Shown here: positions 53,701-64,000 of the stretch, one piece after another
How the letters are laid out: every line of letters starts with the position of its first letter
Numbering within the stretch: position 1 is the first letter of the stretch
From: Macrostomum hystrix
Lineage: Eukaryota; Animalia; Platyhelminthes
Direction of reading: 5' to 3'
Assembly: GCA_950097015.1 (NCBI GenBank)
Contig: CATNEN010000008.1
Span: 434,001 to 498,000 of the forward strand
DNA: 64,000 nucleotides
Position numbers and translations under genes: made by a program
The notes under the pieces: generated by a model
Told to the model about the DNA's origin: nothing
What the model saw: only the letters and a program-made list of their open reading frames with translations
Database searches by the model: none

Positions 53701-55663
53701 TTTGCGAAGTTAACTATTAGCAATTTCATGACAATTTCATAAAATATTTCAACTCGGATCGCTTGCCTTATGATTGTGCCGCATTCGCAGCTCAGCCACG
53801 GTCACGTGACGCAGTGGCGCCAGAAAGGCGGACTTCTCAAAGTCTGCCACCGTTCCAGGCGGATGCACGGCCACCATAAAGCCGGGCAAATGAAACAGCT
53901 GCTCCCGTTCAGTCAGGAAGCTGTCAGCTGAGTTGTACAGGACCAGGCTGAGGCCACCACCGGAGCCGCTGCGAACAAGTCGCCTGCTTGACGGTCGAAA
54001 TGTGAAACAGAGGAAGAGCGTGCTGTCCTTGTACACCGTGAAATTTCGATAGCTGCACGGAATCGAATTGTATCGACAGTAGACTATCATCTCCTGTGGC
54101 GAGGTGAACGACTTGTTGCTGTGGATTAATGTGAGGGTCATGGAGGTTAATTAGACGGCCAGCCTACATGCATCACCTGCTTAATAACTCACCGGTAAGC
54201 CACCTGTTTAAGTGAAAGCCTTGCGTCCCAGTAGCTGCTGTAGGGATGCAGCGGCATGTCTCGTGTCTCATTCTTTAGCAGATGCCACACTCTGGCTACA
54301 TCGAACGGGATCTCGTACAGAGTTCGATTCGTTCCAAAGTCGTTGGCTATGTTCACGTTCTGGTCGCAAGAATGTTCGCAGCTCATATGTTATGAATAGA
54401 GTCATTGTAGACTGAGTCTTTTTATAGTATGGAGCATGATGAAAGCATGCATTGCAATTAAAGATCAAGGTCTACTAAATAGCACAATGGTCTTGAGTAA
54501 TGTGAGTACAATGCTCACAATTAAGGAATTGGTAAAAAAAATTGATTGACTTTTAAGTAAACTTTGCATGAGCTAACTTGTTAAGCTAAATTCTATCAGA
54601 TGCAGTTAATACGATTGCAATCTAGATAGGATGTCGTTAACAGTAGAGGGGAAGACCACGGAGGTATCTCAAATACCAACTAAGAATGCAAATTGGGCAC
54701 GCCTACTTGACGATAGCTCCCAAACCGAATGACCGATTTTCGCGAAAGTCCAAGATATGGATCAACATTTTCTGCCCTTTGCAATGAGCTAACTTTCAAA
54801 TCCATCCGACGTCAGCATCGTCGAGATATCGAGCGATTGTTGTCAAAGACGCTGGTGACAAGGACAGCTAACATTGCTTTGTATAAACCTGCATGGCGAA
54901 TCCATATTAGATAAATAATTACCAATATAGTCAATAAAAGATGATCAACAATGATAGCCGGCATGGTTATATGATAAAGTGAGCAGAATCATGCCTATAT
55001 AAAGGCTTTTGGCTTCTGGATTCTGGAAGTTGCTTCATCGGATAGAGCAGTAAAAGTTAAGCCCCTGTTCTGGATTTTCGTGGCGATCGGTTTTGGGAGA
55101 TAAAAAATGTGGGTATTCAAACGTTGGTATTTGAAATACCCCCATGGACTTTCTAGTCTTAAAGAACTTACCATAACGCGAGTACAACGCTCATCTAGTT
55201 TATAGTTGGCCCTTTGTAATCTATAAATCCCTGAAATTAATGCTCTACTAAACTCTGAATCGATGCTATTTAGTTAAAATCATGCACAAGCACGTGTCCA
55301 TTATTGACATTGATGGCTGCTGGGCGTACTCAAAGCTAGCGAACGTCATCACAGTACGAGTGAAACTGAGCTGCTTACGGAATAGTAATGACTGGCGTAG
55401 TCGTTCGGGCAGAGCGTCAGGTCGGGCATCTCAAATTCGGCGCCCTCCTCGTCAATCTCGGTGTTGATGGGGCATTGCAGGTAGCGGGAGACCAGCTCGC
55501 TGAAGTGCACCAGAAAGCCAGCGGTGGCCATCAGGAGAATGCAGGTCCACACAACGCGCCGAATGCCGCCAGACGCCAAGTGACCAACTCCGTGAGCAGT
55601 CGTGTGCCTGGCGAAAGCTTGAAATAGTGCGCGCTGGTTGGTCAGCTGGTGAAACTCAGTAGA

Positions 55664-55744
<81 letters not shown>

Positions 55745-56530
55745 ATTCTGGTAAGATTGTAAAAATCATTGCTTGTGTTGATTCATTCATTGTTAATAAT
55801 TATTTTGAATGATGTTTCCATGAAAAAATCATGTCTTTAATAACGATTTATTTGAGCACAGAAATGACAGAATAGCTAGCATAAATAATAATTTTAATAC
55901 TAATTGATTACAGCAGCTTCAACTGGGAATGTGTAGCCGACAGCACAGCCGCAGCTATTGCGCGGTGGATCCGAAGGCTGCGTACGGCTGTTCAGTCCAT
56001 GGACTGGCGGACGCCACACCCACCGTCAATTATCCCAGCTAATGCTGGTACCCATTTAACAGCTGGGTGAACTGAAGCAATGCAGAGTTAGAGTGCCTTG
56101 CTAAAGGGTGCATATTGTTTCAGTGGAGTCGAGAATCGAACCCCGACATTCAAGTCATGAGTCTCACGCACTAACCACTAGTACGTTACCACGCTACTAC
56201 CCTGATGCCATCGATATTTTAGAATGCCTATTGTAAAGGTATCATTTTTTGACTGTACATAAACCCTTACTTTTAATAATTTTATCTAGAGTCGATTTTC
56301 GGAACCAGCTACGAGTACATGCATTTTTGCACTGACAAAATATGCTCGTGATAACTATGCTAACTAAGGCTCACCAGATTTTGCATTGCGTCAGTTGCTG
56401 ACCGCTTCAGATCTGTCTTCTTTGTCTGCTTGATGGCGTAGCCGCCTCTAGCGGTTGTCAGCTGGTCTGCCGCGACCGCCGCTGCAGCCGCCGCCGCCGC
56501 CGCAGATGCAATCGGCCGATGACTGCTCAT
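50722..56530 (-). CDS. DEG/ENaC family cation channel subunit, FaNaC-like (~780 aa)
   Basis: Exons 56375-56530, 55379-55747, 54193-54359, 53767-54118 (GC donor), 53282-53691 (weak donor GTCACA), 52291-52482, 51882-52198 and 50722-51110; phases are consistent. Motifs: pre-M1 HTTAHG, TM1 VVWTCILLMATAGFLVHF, PDLTLC, CRYNSIPC...CFTF, GLSLVL, CGC, C..EC...Y...S..WP, and TM2 LFSDFGGILGLWIGISVITVVEFLE (filter G-I-S; small Ser at the degenerin position). Confidence 0.9.
51195..51480 (-). mobile_element. SINE family B copy
   Basis: Collinear with the 33020 copy; core CCTTTAGCAAGACACTTATCTCTGCATTGCTTCAGTTCACCCAGCTATTAAATGGGTACC (reverse complement). Confidence 0.78.
54656..55147. mobile_element. MITE family C (~490 bp, ~25-bp TIRs)
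   Basis: Left end CCACGGAGGTATCTCAAATACCAAC; right end, reverse-complemented, CCATGGGGGTATTTCAAATACCAAC. The interior is the reverse complement of 50164-50683. Confidence 0.75.
55667..55744 (-). repeat. Pure (CAG)26 tract encoding poly-Gln in the DEG/ENaC N-terminus
   Basis: 78 nt of uninterrupted CTG on the + strand, in frame after ag|AAT and before CAT TCT ACT (HSTEF...). Confidence 0.92.
55905..56185 (-). mobile_element. SINE family B copy (more diverged or partial copies at ~15515-15680 -, 26795-27075 -, 30025-30225 +, 51610-51850 +, 56960-57110 -)
   Basis: Same head, core and tail as the 33020 and 51195 copies. Confidence 0.78.
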
Positions 56531-57559
56531 TGCATAGGAGTGCTTGGGCACAAGTGGACTCAATCAGGACTTAGTCTCAGACAGGTTGGCCGGAGGGGGT
56601 TGACTTTAAGTGCTTAGCAACAACGAGCTTGACTACGAGAGGAATGCGAGGATTTTGTCAGCACCACTTTGCATAAGTCTGCAGCGGGACATGCGAACTC
56701 GAGATTGATGAGGCTAAGATTTTGTAAGTTATAGCTTTAGCCTGCGCTCATTGGAGCCAGCTCACACGCAATGTCTTCCCCATTCCGATAGGCGGTGCGT
56801 GTCACAGGCGAGTCCGCAAACATGCCATAATCCCACTAAGCCAATGAGGCTAAATGCCATGCATAATATGATTTTAATGTAGTCCCTACACTTACATCGG
56901 ACTCTACTTTTTAAGGTGGACATGCAAAACCTAAATAACTACTCAAAGCATGTTTCTCTACCTGTTGAGAACAGCTGGTTGCACAGCCGCAGCTATGGCG
57001 AGGCGCTTCGAAAGGCTGTGTACAGCTGTTCAGTCCATGGACTATTGGAGAACCAACTCAAAATTCTACCCCAGCGAAAGCTGTTACCCACTATAACCCT
57101 AACCCACTATATTGGGATCAACTTTGTCTTCTATCACCGTGTGAAAATGTTAGTCCACAAGTCGCATGACAGTTCAAAAGCATGTCTAGTTACTTGACCT
57201 TTAAGATGGCTAGCGACGGAGCCACTCCACTGCTCAGAAGTATTTCCTCCTAGAGACAGAAGCAGTGACCAATTTTGTGCACGCGCGCATCGAGCCAGAA
57301 AATTCTTCCGCTCAAAACATGTTTTCGTAGGACGTCATGAGAGAAGGATGTGGCTGAGCTCTATTATAATAATTACCACCACAAAAACTCAAAACCAGAA
57401 ATATATTCTAAACTGCATTCCATCTCTACTTGACTTCGAAAACTTTGTTTGGCAACAATTCAAATAATTCAACAAAAAATGAGCCTTTTAAAAGGCATTC
57501 ATCGGTAGCTTAATTAGAGGGGCTAGACTACTTACAAAAAGTTCTAAAAACACCTCTAA

Positions 57560-58168
57560 ACTGGCTGTGTGATCTATAAACTGGATGTGTAATCTATAAA
57601 CTGGCTGTGTGATCTATAAACTGGCTGTGTGATCTATAAACTGGCTGTGTGATCTATAAACTGGCTGCGTGATCTATAAACTGGCTGTGTGATCTATAAA
57701 CTGGCTGTGTGATCTATAAACTGGCTGTGTGATCTATAAACTGGCTGTGTGATCTATAAACTGGCTGTGTGATCTATAAACTGGCTGCGTGATCTATAAA
57801 CTGGCTGTGTGATCTATAAACTGGCTGTGTGATCTATAAACTGGCTGTGTAATCTATAAACTGGCTGTGTGATCTATAAACTGGCTGTGTGATCTATAAA
57901 CTGGCTGTGTGATCTATAAACTGGCTGTGTGATCTATAAACTGGCTGTGTGATCTATAAACTGGCTGTGTGATCTATAAACTGGCTGCGTGATCTATAAA
58001 CTGGCTGTGTGATCTATAAACTGGCTGTGTGATCTATAAACTGGCTGTGTAATCTATAAACTGGCTGTGTGATCTATAAACTGGCTGTGTGATCTATAAA
58101 CTGGCTGTGTGATCTATAAACTGGCTGTGTGATCTATAAACTGGCTGTGTGATCTATAAACTGGCTGC
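57560..58168. repeat. 20-bp minisatellite CTGGCTGTGTGATCTATAAA, ~30 copies
   Basis: Near-perfect array between the DEG/ENaC and Ig-mucin genes. Confidence 0.97.
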
Positions 58169-59014
58169 GATATCAGTACATTTTTTTTTGGGCAGTTTAG
58201 TCTGTGAAATTGCAATTAATTTTTAGAAAAATTGTTCATTTGTCCTAGCTCGCAGAATTTTCGACAAGCCTATTATAAACAAATAAATTTAAGAACTGTA
58301 TAAAATTATACTGCGCTGAAATATTTGAAATTTCTGCTTTATTAGCTACGAAATGTAAAACATTAATTGGAGACACAAGCACAGAGAAGTTATGGACAAA
58401 AAAGTTTTTATGCCAAGCAAGGAGCTCTGATTGTAGCATTCATATTAATTGTAAATCTAGGTGCAATATCCAGTGATCCTTGAATTAAAAATCTAGAACA
58501 ACTAAATTAAACAATACAGATCAAAGAAATCAGTGATTTGATATAGGATGGTGACTTGGCATTGAATTAGAACTTAGCAGCAGAAGTCAACTCAATAAAA
58601 CTCAATAAAACATTACAATATACATATGTACAAATTTATGTCGCGAGCTCATATAAAACACACTGACCAACACCTAGCAGTATCTGAATGCATATGGAAG
58701 CTTCTAGTCAGATGATTTCATAAGGCATGTCAATCAATAAGCAATAATCGGTTGCTTTAGTGCATTCGACTGGCCATTCGTAGTTTACAATAAAAGTACA
58801 CGTAAAAATATAAAAAAATACAATTCTAAGTTAAAAAAACAGCGAGCAAGTTCAATGAAGTGCTGTGATTTCAGTCAATGTCATGTATTTAGAATGGATT
58901 TCAACTTTGTTTACTAGGAAATATTCTAAAACGAAGTACATACTACTATACTGAGTGGCAATAGACGCGGTCCATGCACAATCCTCTACAAATGATTCAC
59001 AAAGAAGTGGGTTC

Positions 59015-61779
59015 TCAGTACCGCTGGCCAGTGCCGTAGGCTCGGCCCAAAGAGCCTCTTCGATTTTCTAATTCGTTTTCGACGGCTTCATCAACCATGG
59101 GCGGCGGCGGCAGAGGCGGCAAGTCAGAATCGTCTGTTATGGACTGCGAAACTGACTGCTTTTGTTGCTGCTGCGGCGGCGGAGGCGGCGGAGGCGAAGG
59201 TGGAACAGTTTCTGCAGCGGCAACTCTTGATAGCAGATCATAATCGCCAGAGATTGGTGATTGCTGCTGCTGCGGTGCTTGCTGAGGCTGCTTTGCTGCG
59301 GCTGCCGAAGATTTGTGGTTGAGCTGCAACTGCGAATCGCGCAGCTGCTGCCTGAGGCTGGCGATCTCGCGTCTCTGCTGCTCCATTTGGCGTCGAAAGT
59401 CTTCTCGGGTCATCACGGGATCAACTGCCGCTGCGACCAGGTCGGCAGCTGCCTCCGCTTCAGCGTCTGTCTCTTCGGTGTCTAGTAGCATCTGCTGCGG
59501 AATGCTGGGTCTGTGGCGCGCTGCAGGTCTCGCACTCTGAAACGAATGCCGACCGGTTTGGTCGCGAGGAAAGAACGTACTCCTGGGGTTGGTTCCGTAT
59601 CCACCGCGCGACAGAGGATCGTCAAAGTCCTGCTGTAGCCGATAATAGTCGTCGGATCCGTTCATTCCGCCGCCAGCAAGGACCAGAGGATGGTGCAGCA
59701 CGCCATCTCCAACATCGGGGCTGTAGTAGCTCATGCCGTCTGGCTCAGAGTACACTTGGCCAGAACTGACCGAGTTCGCCGAAGCCGCTGTTGGATGCGA
59801 TGACATCGCCGTCAGCCGAACAGCACCTTGTCGTCGTTCCTGCTCGGCAAATTCGCGCAGGCCCCCATTTATAGTCTGCGGACCCCGACGGTACTTCTGC
59901 TGCTGCTGCTGCTGGTGCTGCTGGCACAAGCAGAGCACTACGGAACAGCAGCGGGTCGTAGGAGTTCCCGTCTCTGAGCGTGTTTGGAAATCTCAACGTT
60001 ACAACATGTGAGAAACGATTGTGGTGGGAAGTAGTTAAAATATATCAAAATCTGAATGAAAAGCTTGATTCGCTCGCAAAACTCACTGGTCAGGACCTGG
60101 GACCGGATGCAGAAGAAGCCAATCAGCCAAGCAGCCGCTATCATTATCAGCAGGCAGATCAGGATGACGTCAGCGCCAGAGAGCGTACCGACTGAGGCAA
60201 ACCAATTGTTTGAGCATTAGCATTATTTATTGAACACATTAAATCAAATAAACTTTGAGTAACAAAAATTATAGAATGGAATGAACTATACGTAGCCCAG
60301 TTGGGCCAGAAATAGAGTAAGTCGGGGCTATTATGCGGCAGGCTAAGTACATAGTGTACTCAATAGTGTACATAAGAAAATAACATGCTCACCAATTGAA
60401 GAGTAGAACCATCCGGCTGAATTCAATGTTAGCTCATCCGAGGTTGTCGGCTCGCCTGGTGCACCAGTTGAGACTGGCTGAGTCTTCGGACCAGGAGGCA
60501 GTGTGTAAATCTCTGAAAAGGTGCATGTTTGAGTAAATTTGCGCATCGTTTCTGTGGTTATTAAAGCTTTTTGGTAAATATTTTGATGCACTTTTACTTC
60601 ACAGACTTCAATTTTCGACGTGATATTCAAAGTTAAAGGCTAATAGTATTAGTTGCAGGAGGGTTGCAGGCAGTATAATCCTGCCACATCACTTGGTGCC
60701 ACAAGACCTGCAGCCAGCGGGAAGGCGATTCTGCCCATTTCGCTGACTTTTGAGCACACACGCACAAAAATACTGTACGCAGGCACACTTGATAGCAGAT
60801 TTTGATAGCAGGCTGACTTTCTCATCGTCAGGCAGCGTACACTCTCACTGTGCCTTGTAGGTTGGCCCTCACGGGCGTAAATTGCACGACAAGCCCCCAA
60901 GCCTTCTCTCCGCGGCTGCGCCCCAAATGAATGTGGCCTCGCCGCGGAATCGAGCTCAGGGACCTTGGTGCAAGAAGCAAACTCGTTAACCGCTCTGCTA
61001 CTCACTCGCACTCCTCAAAGTTTGTTGTAGTGTGAAATTGTTGTGTGAAATTCAACCATAATATAACAATGAGACCCACTTTCTGTACTAGAGGACTCGG
61101 GGCGTAGTGGCTCCGTCGTTTTCAATGTCGTCTGTGCGGTTGTTTTACTAACTGATGCCGTAGAAACTGTACTCGATGTTTTGGTGGTACTCATTCCAGC
61201 CTTGCTGGTAGTTGGAACTGTACTTTTAGTTGTCGTAGGCGCAGTGGTGGTGCTTGAAGTGGTGCTAGTACTTGTTGTAGTAGTCGATGTAGTAGTGCTC
61301 ATAGTGGTTGTTACAATGGGGTCCACAATGATGTAGGAGCTGCTCCGCAAGTTCTTGAACTGGCACATGTAGCTGCCACTGTGTCTGGGATTCACCAGGT
61401 TGAATGTGAACACAATGGAGATCTCCTGCCATGTGGCGGAGGTCTGTTTCACAGATCGGCTGCAGTTGGCAACAAGCAGCTCCGGCAGGGTCTTTGAGCA
61501 GTCGTTGAGGTTCGGCTGATCGCACAGCGGCCGGCCGCAGTTCTCGAAGCAGGAGGTGCTGGCCAGACCGCCAGAGGCGTACTCAGCCAAGGGACAGGCG
61601 AGTCGAATGGCAAAGTCCTGGCTCGTGAATGACCGGCACTCGATCCGGAAGCTCTGGCCCTGCAGGAACTTATGCCCGTCCAGGGGCTTGTTCTCAATCG
61701 TCTCAATTTGTGCAGAAGACATTTGGAGCACGCTGGACAAGAACAATAGAGTTAATAAGGCCTGTTGCACTGGTGCCAT
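59015..61779 (-). CDS. Orphan type I membrane protein: signal peptide, Cys-rich Ig domain, Thr/Ser mucin stalk, TM and long Pro/Gln-rich cytoplasmic tail (~630 aa)
   Basis: Exons 61080-61779 (the exon extends to 61812), 60393-60512, 60087-60191 and 59015-59991; GT-AG and phase-consistent. Signal MAPVQQALLTLLFLSSVLQMSSA; Ig FRIEC...HSGSYMCQF; stalk TTTMSTTTSTTTT; TM VILICLLIMIAAAWLIGFFCI; tail with a coiled-coil-like stretch (RRQMEQQRREIASLRQQL), PPPPPP and DLPPLPPPP. Confidence 0.8.
60650..61000 (-). mobile_element. SINE family A copy
   Basis: Reverse complement: GTAGCAGAGCGGTTAACGAG...GAGCTCGATTCCGCGGCGAGGCCAC. Confidence 0.8.
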
Positions 61780-61874
61780 GGTGCTGCATTTGCGTGCCGG
61801 CAACGAAATTTCCTGCAAAATGTATTCGAAATCGGTTTCAATTTAGGTAGGAACTGCTAAAACTGGTTGAAATG

Positions 61875-62200
61875 TGGTGGGTGGCTGAGCGGTCTAACGC
61901 GCTTGCCTCTCGCAACAAGGTTCCTGAGCTCGATTCCCCGGCGAGGCCACATTCATTTTGGGCGAAGCTGCGGAGGTAATGCTTGGGGGGCGTGTCATGA
62001 GGGCCCAGTGCATATTGAGAGTGTACAGTGCCTGACGATGAGAAAGTCAGGACAGACGTACACACCGTTTTGAGTATGATTGTGTACAGTATCGGTGTGT
62101 GTGTGCTCCTGAGTCAGCGGAATGGGCAGAATTGCCTCCTCGCTGGCTGCGGGTCTAGTGTCACCTAATGATGTGCCATTGCCCGCAGCCCTTCTGCAAA
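61875..62200 (+). mobile_element. SINE family A copy
   Basis: Head GGTGGCTGAGCGGTCTAACGCG...GAGCTCGATTCCCCGGCGAGGCCA followed by the family body. Confidence 0.8.
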
Positions 62201-64000
62201 TATGCAAGAAGGTGAATATTTAACCATATCTTTTTTTTCTTTAAATCGAAGACAGGAATACCAAAGCTGCCAAGTGACATAAAATATCATTTAACAGAAA
62301 CTGAAAGATATTTAAAAGAAATCGAGGTTGAAGCGTTAAGGATTAGTTGTTGACGTTGTCCTAGTTGCAAATGAAACAGCAAGGATAATTGAAACGCTAA
62401 ATTATTAATTAATTTACCTTCATTATTTCGTCTGCTACAAACTCCAGCTGGTACAGAAGAGCAACAGTAAAATAAGAAAAATGAGCAGAAGAAAAAGCTT
62501 GAGTAGATCCAGGTAGAAATAGCTGTGAGCACAGCTCCAAAGCTGAGCATGCCGCCAGAGGGATTGGTAGCAGAAAGAAACGAGTTTCAATGCGACAAGA
62601 GAGTTAAGAGGGCCTGGCGGCGGTTTGCAATGAGCATCATGGCTGCTCATTGGCTGACGCTTGGCGCGTGTTAATTTTGCTGCCAGAGGTCAGAGCGCAT
62701 TGCATGCCCCACTGTCTTTCCTCCACACCTACCGCCCTCCTCTCGTTTATAGTTTTCTCTCCCTGTCGCGGTCCAGTGTGAGTACATTTCTGTACAGGTC
62801 AGCGCGGGCCTGTGTTTACCTAAAAAGGCCGGCAAAGTAGCCCTGCTTGTTTAAAAGAGAACTGTACATTACCTCTGCACCCGCACTGCACCTGGGTTGG
62901 TTAGCTAGCTTCAAGTGATACTTAGTCATCCGAGGTTGTGGTGATGTACACTTTACGAACGGCACGTTAAGAAAACAATTGAGAATGCCCCTTTGCTAGT
63001 CGCCATGCGTTTTAAAGCCTCTAAATGTGTAGCTAAGAAAAGATTAGGTCGCGTCAATAGCCATAAAAAGCTATGAAATACATTTCTATTTTAAGTGTAT
63101 CTATTCTTATAGTGTAATTTAAATTCTACAATACGAGTAGCAGCAGCAGAATTGTCATTTATAATGATTTTTCTCGTTCTAGCCGTAGTAACCGTAGTAT
63201 AATAACAATGAATACGCTAACCCAAACAGCCAGTAGAATTATGGGTGGGCGATTATTGACCAAATTTAGGCTTGTTTAGGCAGATAGACAATCGATTTAG
63301 CAGATAGAGCGGAAAATTGCGCATAAAAATCTATAGATAAATTAGTAGATAAATCTAAACTTGGTGGTGGCATAATCTACGAGTATGTACTAACAGTATT
63401 TAATTTAAACCAGCAATAGATACAGAAATTGTTCTGAATGTTAATGAATAGTAAATTTACTTATCCGTCCTGGTTAATTTGTGGGGTTCTTTAAAAGATC
63501 CTATTCCACAGAATGTCCACAGAAGCAATCAGACGAAAAGTGACAATAAATTTCAAACAATTGACGAGTTCTCACTCTGAGTGTGAGGCGATCATTACAT
63601 AATCCTGCAGCGAATAGCGCCTGGATACACGGCTGAATGGACGCACCGTAGTTTCACACAGAATGTTGTTGTCTTGCCAATATTCCAGCCGAATTAACTC
63701 AACCCTAAACTCCTGCAACGAGTATGAAATTAGATTCTGTCTGGAGTGCAAATTTCCGTGCAAACATTTCCCGATGCTGGGCACTTCCTGTCCAACTAAG
63801 ATATTGCGTCAATTAAAATAGAATCCTTTGTCATGCAGCCTGTTGTGATCCCATTTCGCTTCTGATTGCCATTGCCTGGCTTGAATCTCCTTTTGTGCTG
63901 CATCTTTTTATCCTCAAATAGACTTTCTGATAATGACGCAACAGTTTCTCGAATCTGAAAGTGGACAGTAAAGGAACGAAAAATATTTCTAAATGCAAAA

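Noticed and set aside
54268-54468. Apparent frameshift between two overlapping ORFs in DEG/ENaC exon 3
   Set aside because: The acceptor GACCAG|AAC at 54359 gives a phase-consistent exon in a single frame.
63572-63960. Possible coding exon(s) of a further gene at the right edge
   Set aside because: A 70-aa open frame with a possible donor exists, but there is no recognisable domain, no true ATG and no partner exon in the window. Insufficient support.

Overview
Intron-rich eukaryotic (metazoan) genomic DNA. GC-rich exons, AT-rich introns and poly-Q/poly-A tracts suggest a free-living flatworm such as Macrostomum (inference only). The window is dominated by one giant minus-strand gene, ADGRV1 (VLGR1/GPR98). 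I traced 64 phase-consistent exons from the start codon (~48919) through the Calx-beta array, LamG/pentraxin domain, EAR repeats and GAIN/GPS into TM3 at the left edge, about 5,970 codons in the window. Two +1 frameshifts interrupt its 3' part. Its two largest introns each hold a complete gene: an antisense two-TM (NIT-GC-like) guanylyl cyclase that lacks the first catalytic Asp (18224-22824, +), and an intronless same-strand TTLL12 (9195-11273, -). Upstream lie a FaNaC-like DEG/ENaC channel with a Q26 tract and a large thumb insertion (50722-56530, -), and an orphan Ig-mucin-TM receptor (59015-61779, -). Introns carry two tRNA-derived SINE families (one CORE-like), several MITE/foldback elements and many minisatellites. 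All calls come from manual translation and motif recall; no database searches were run.
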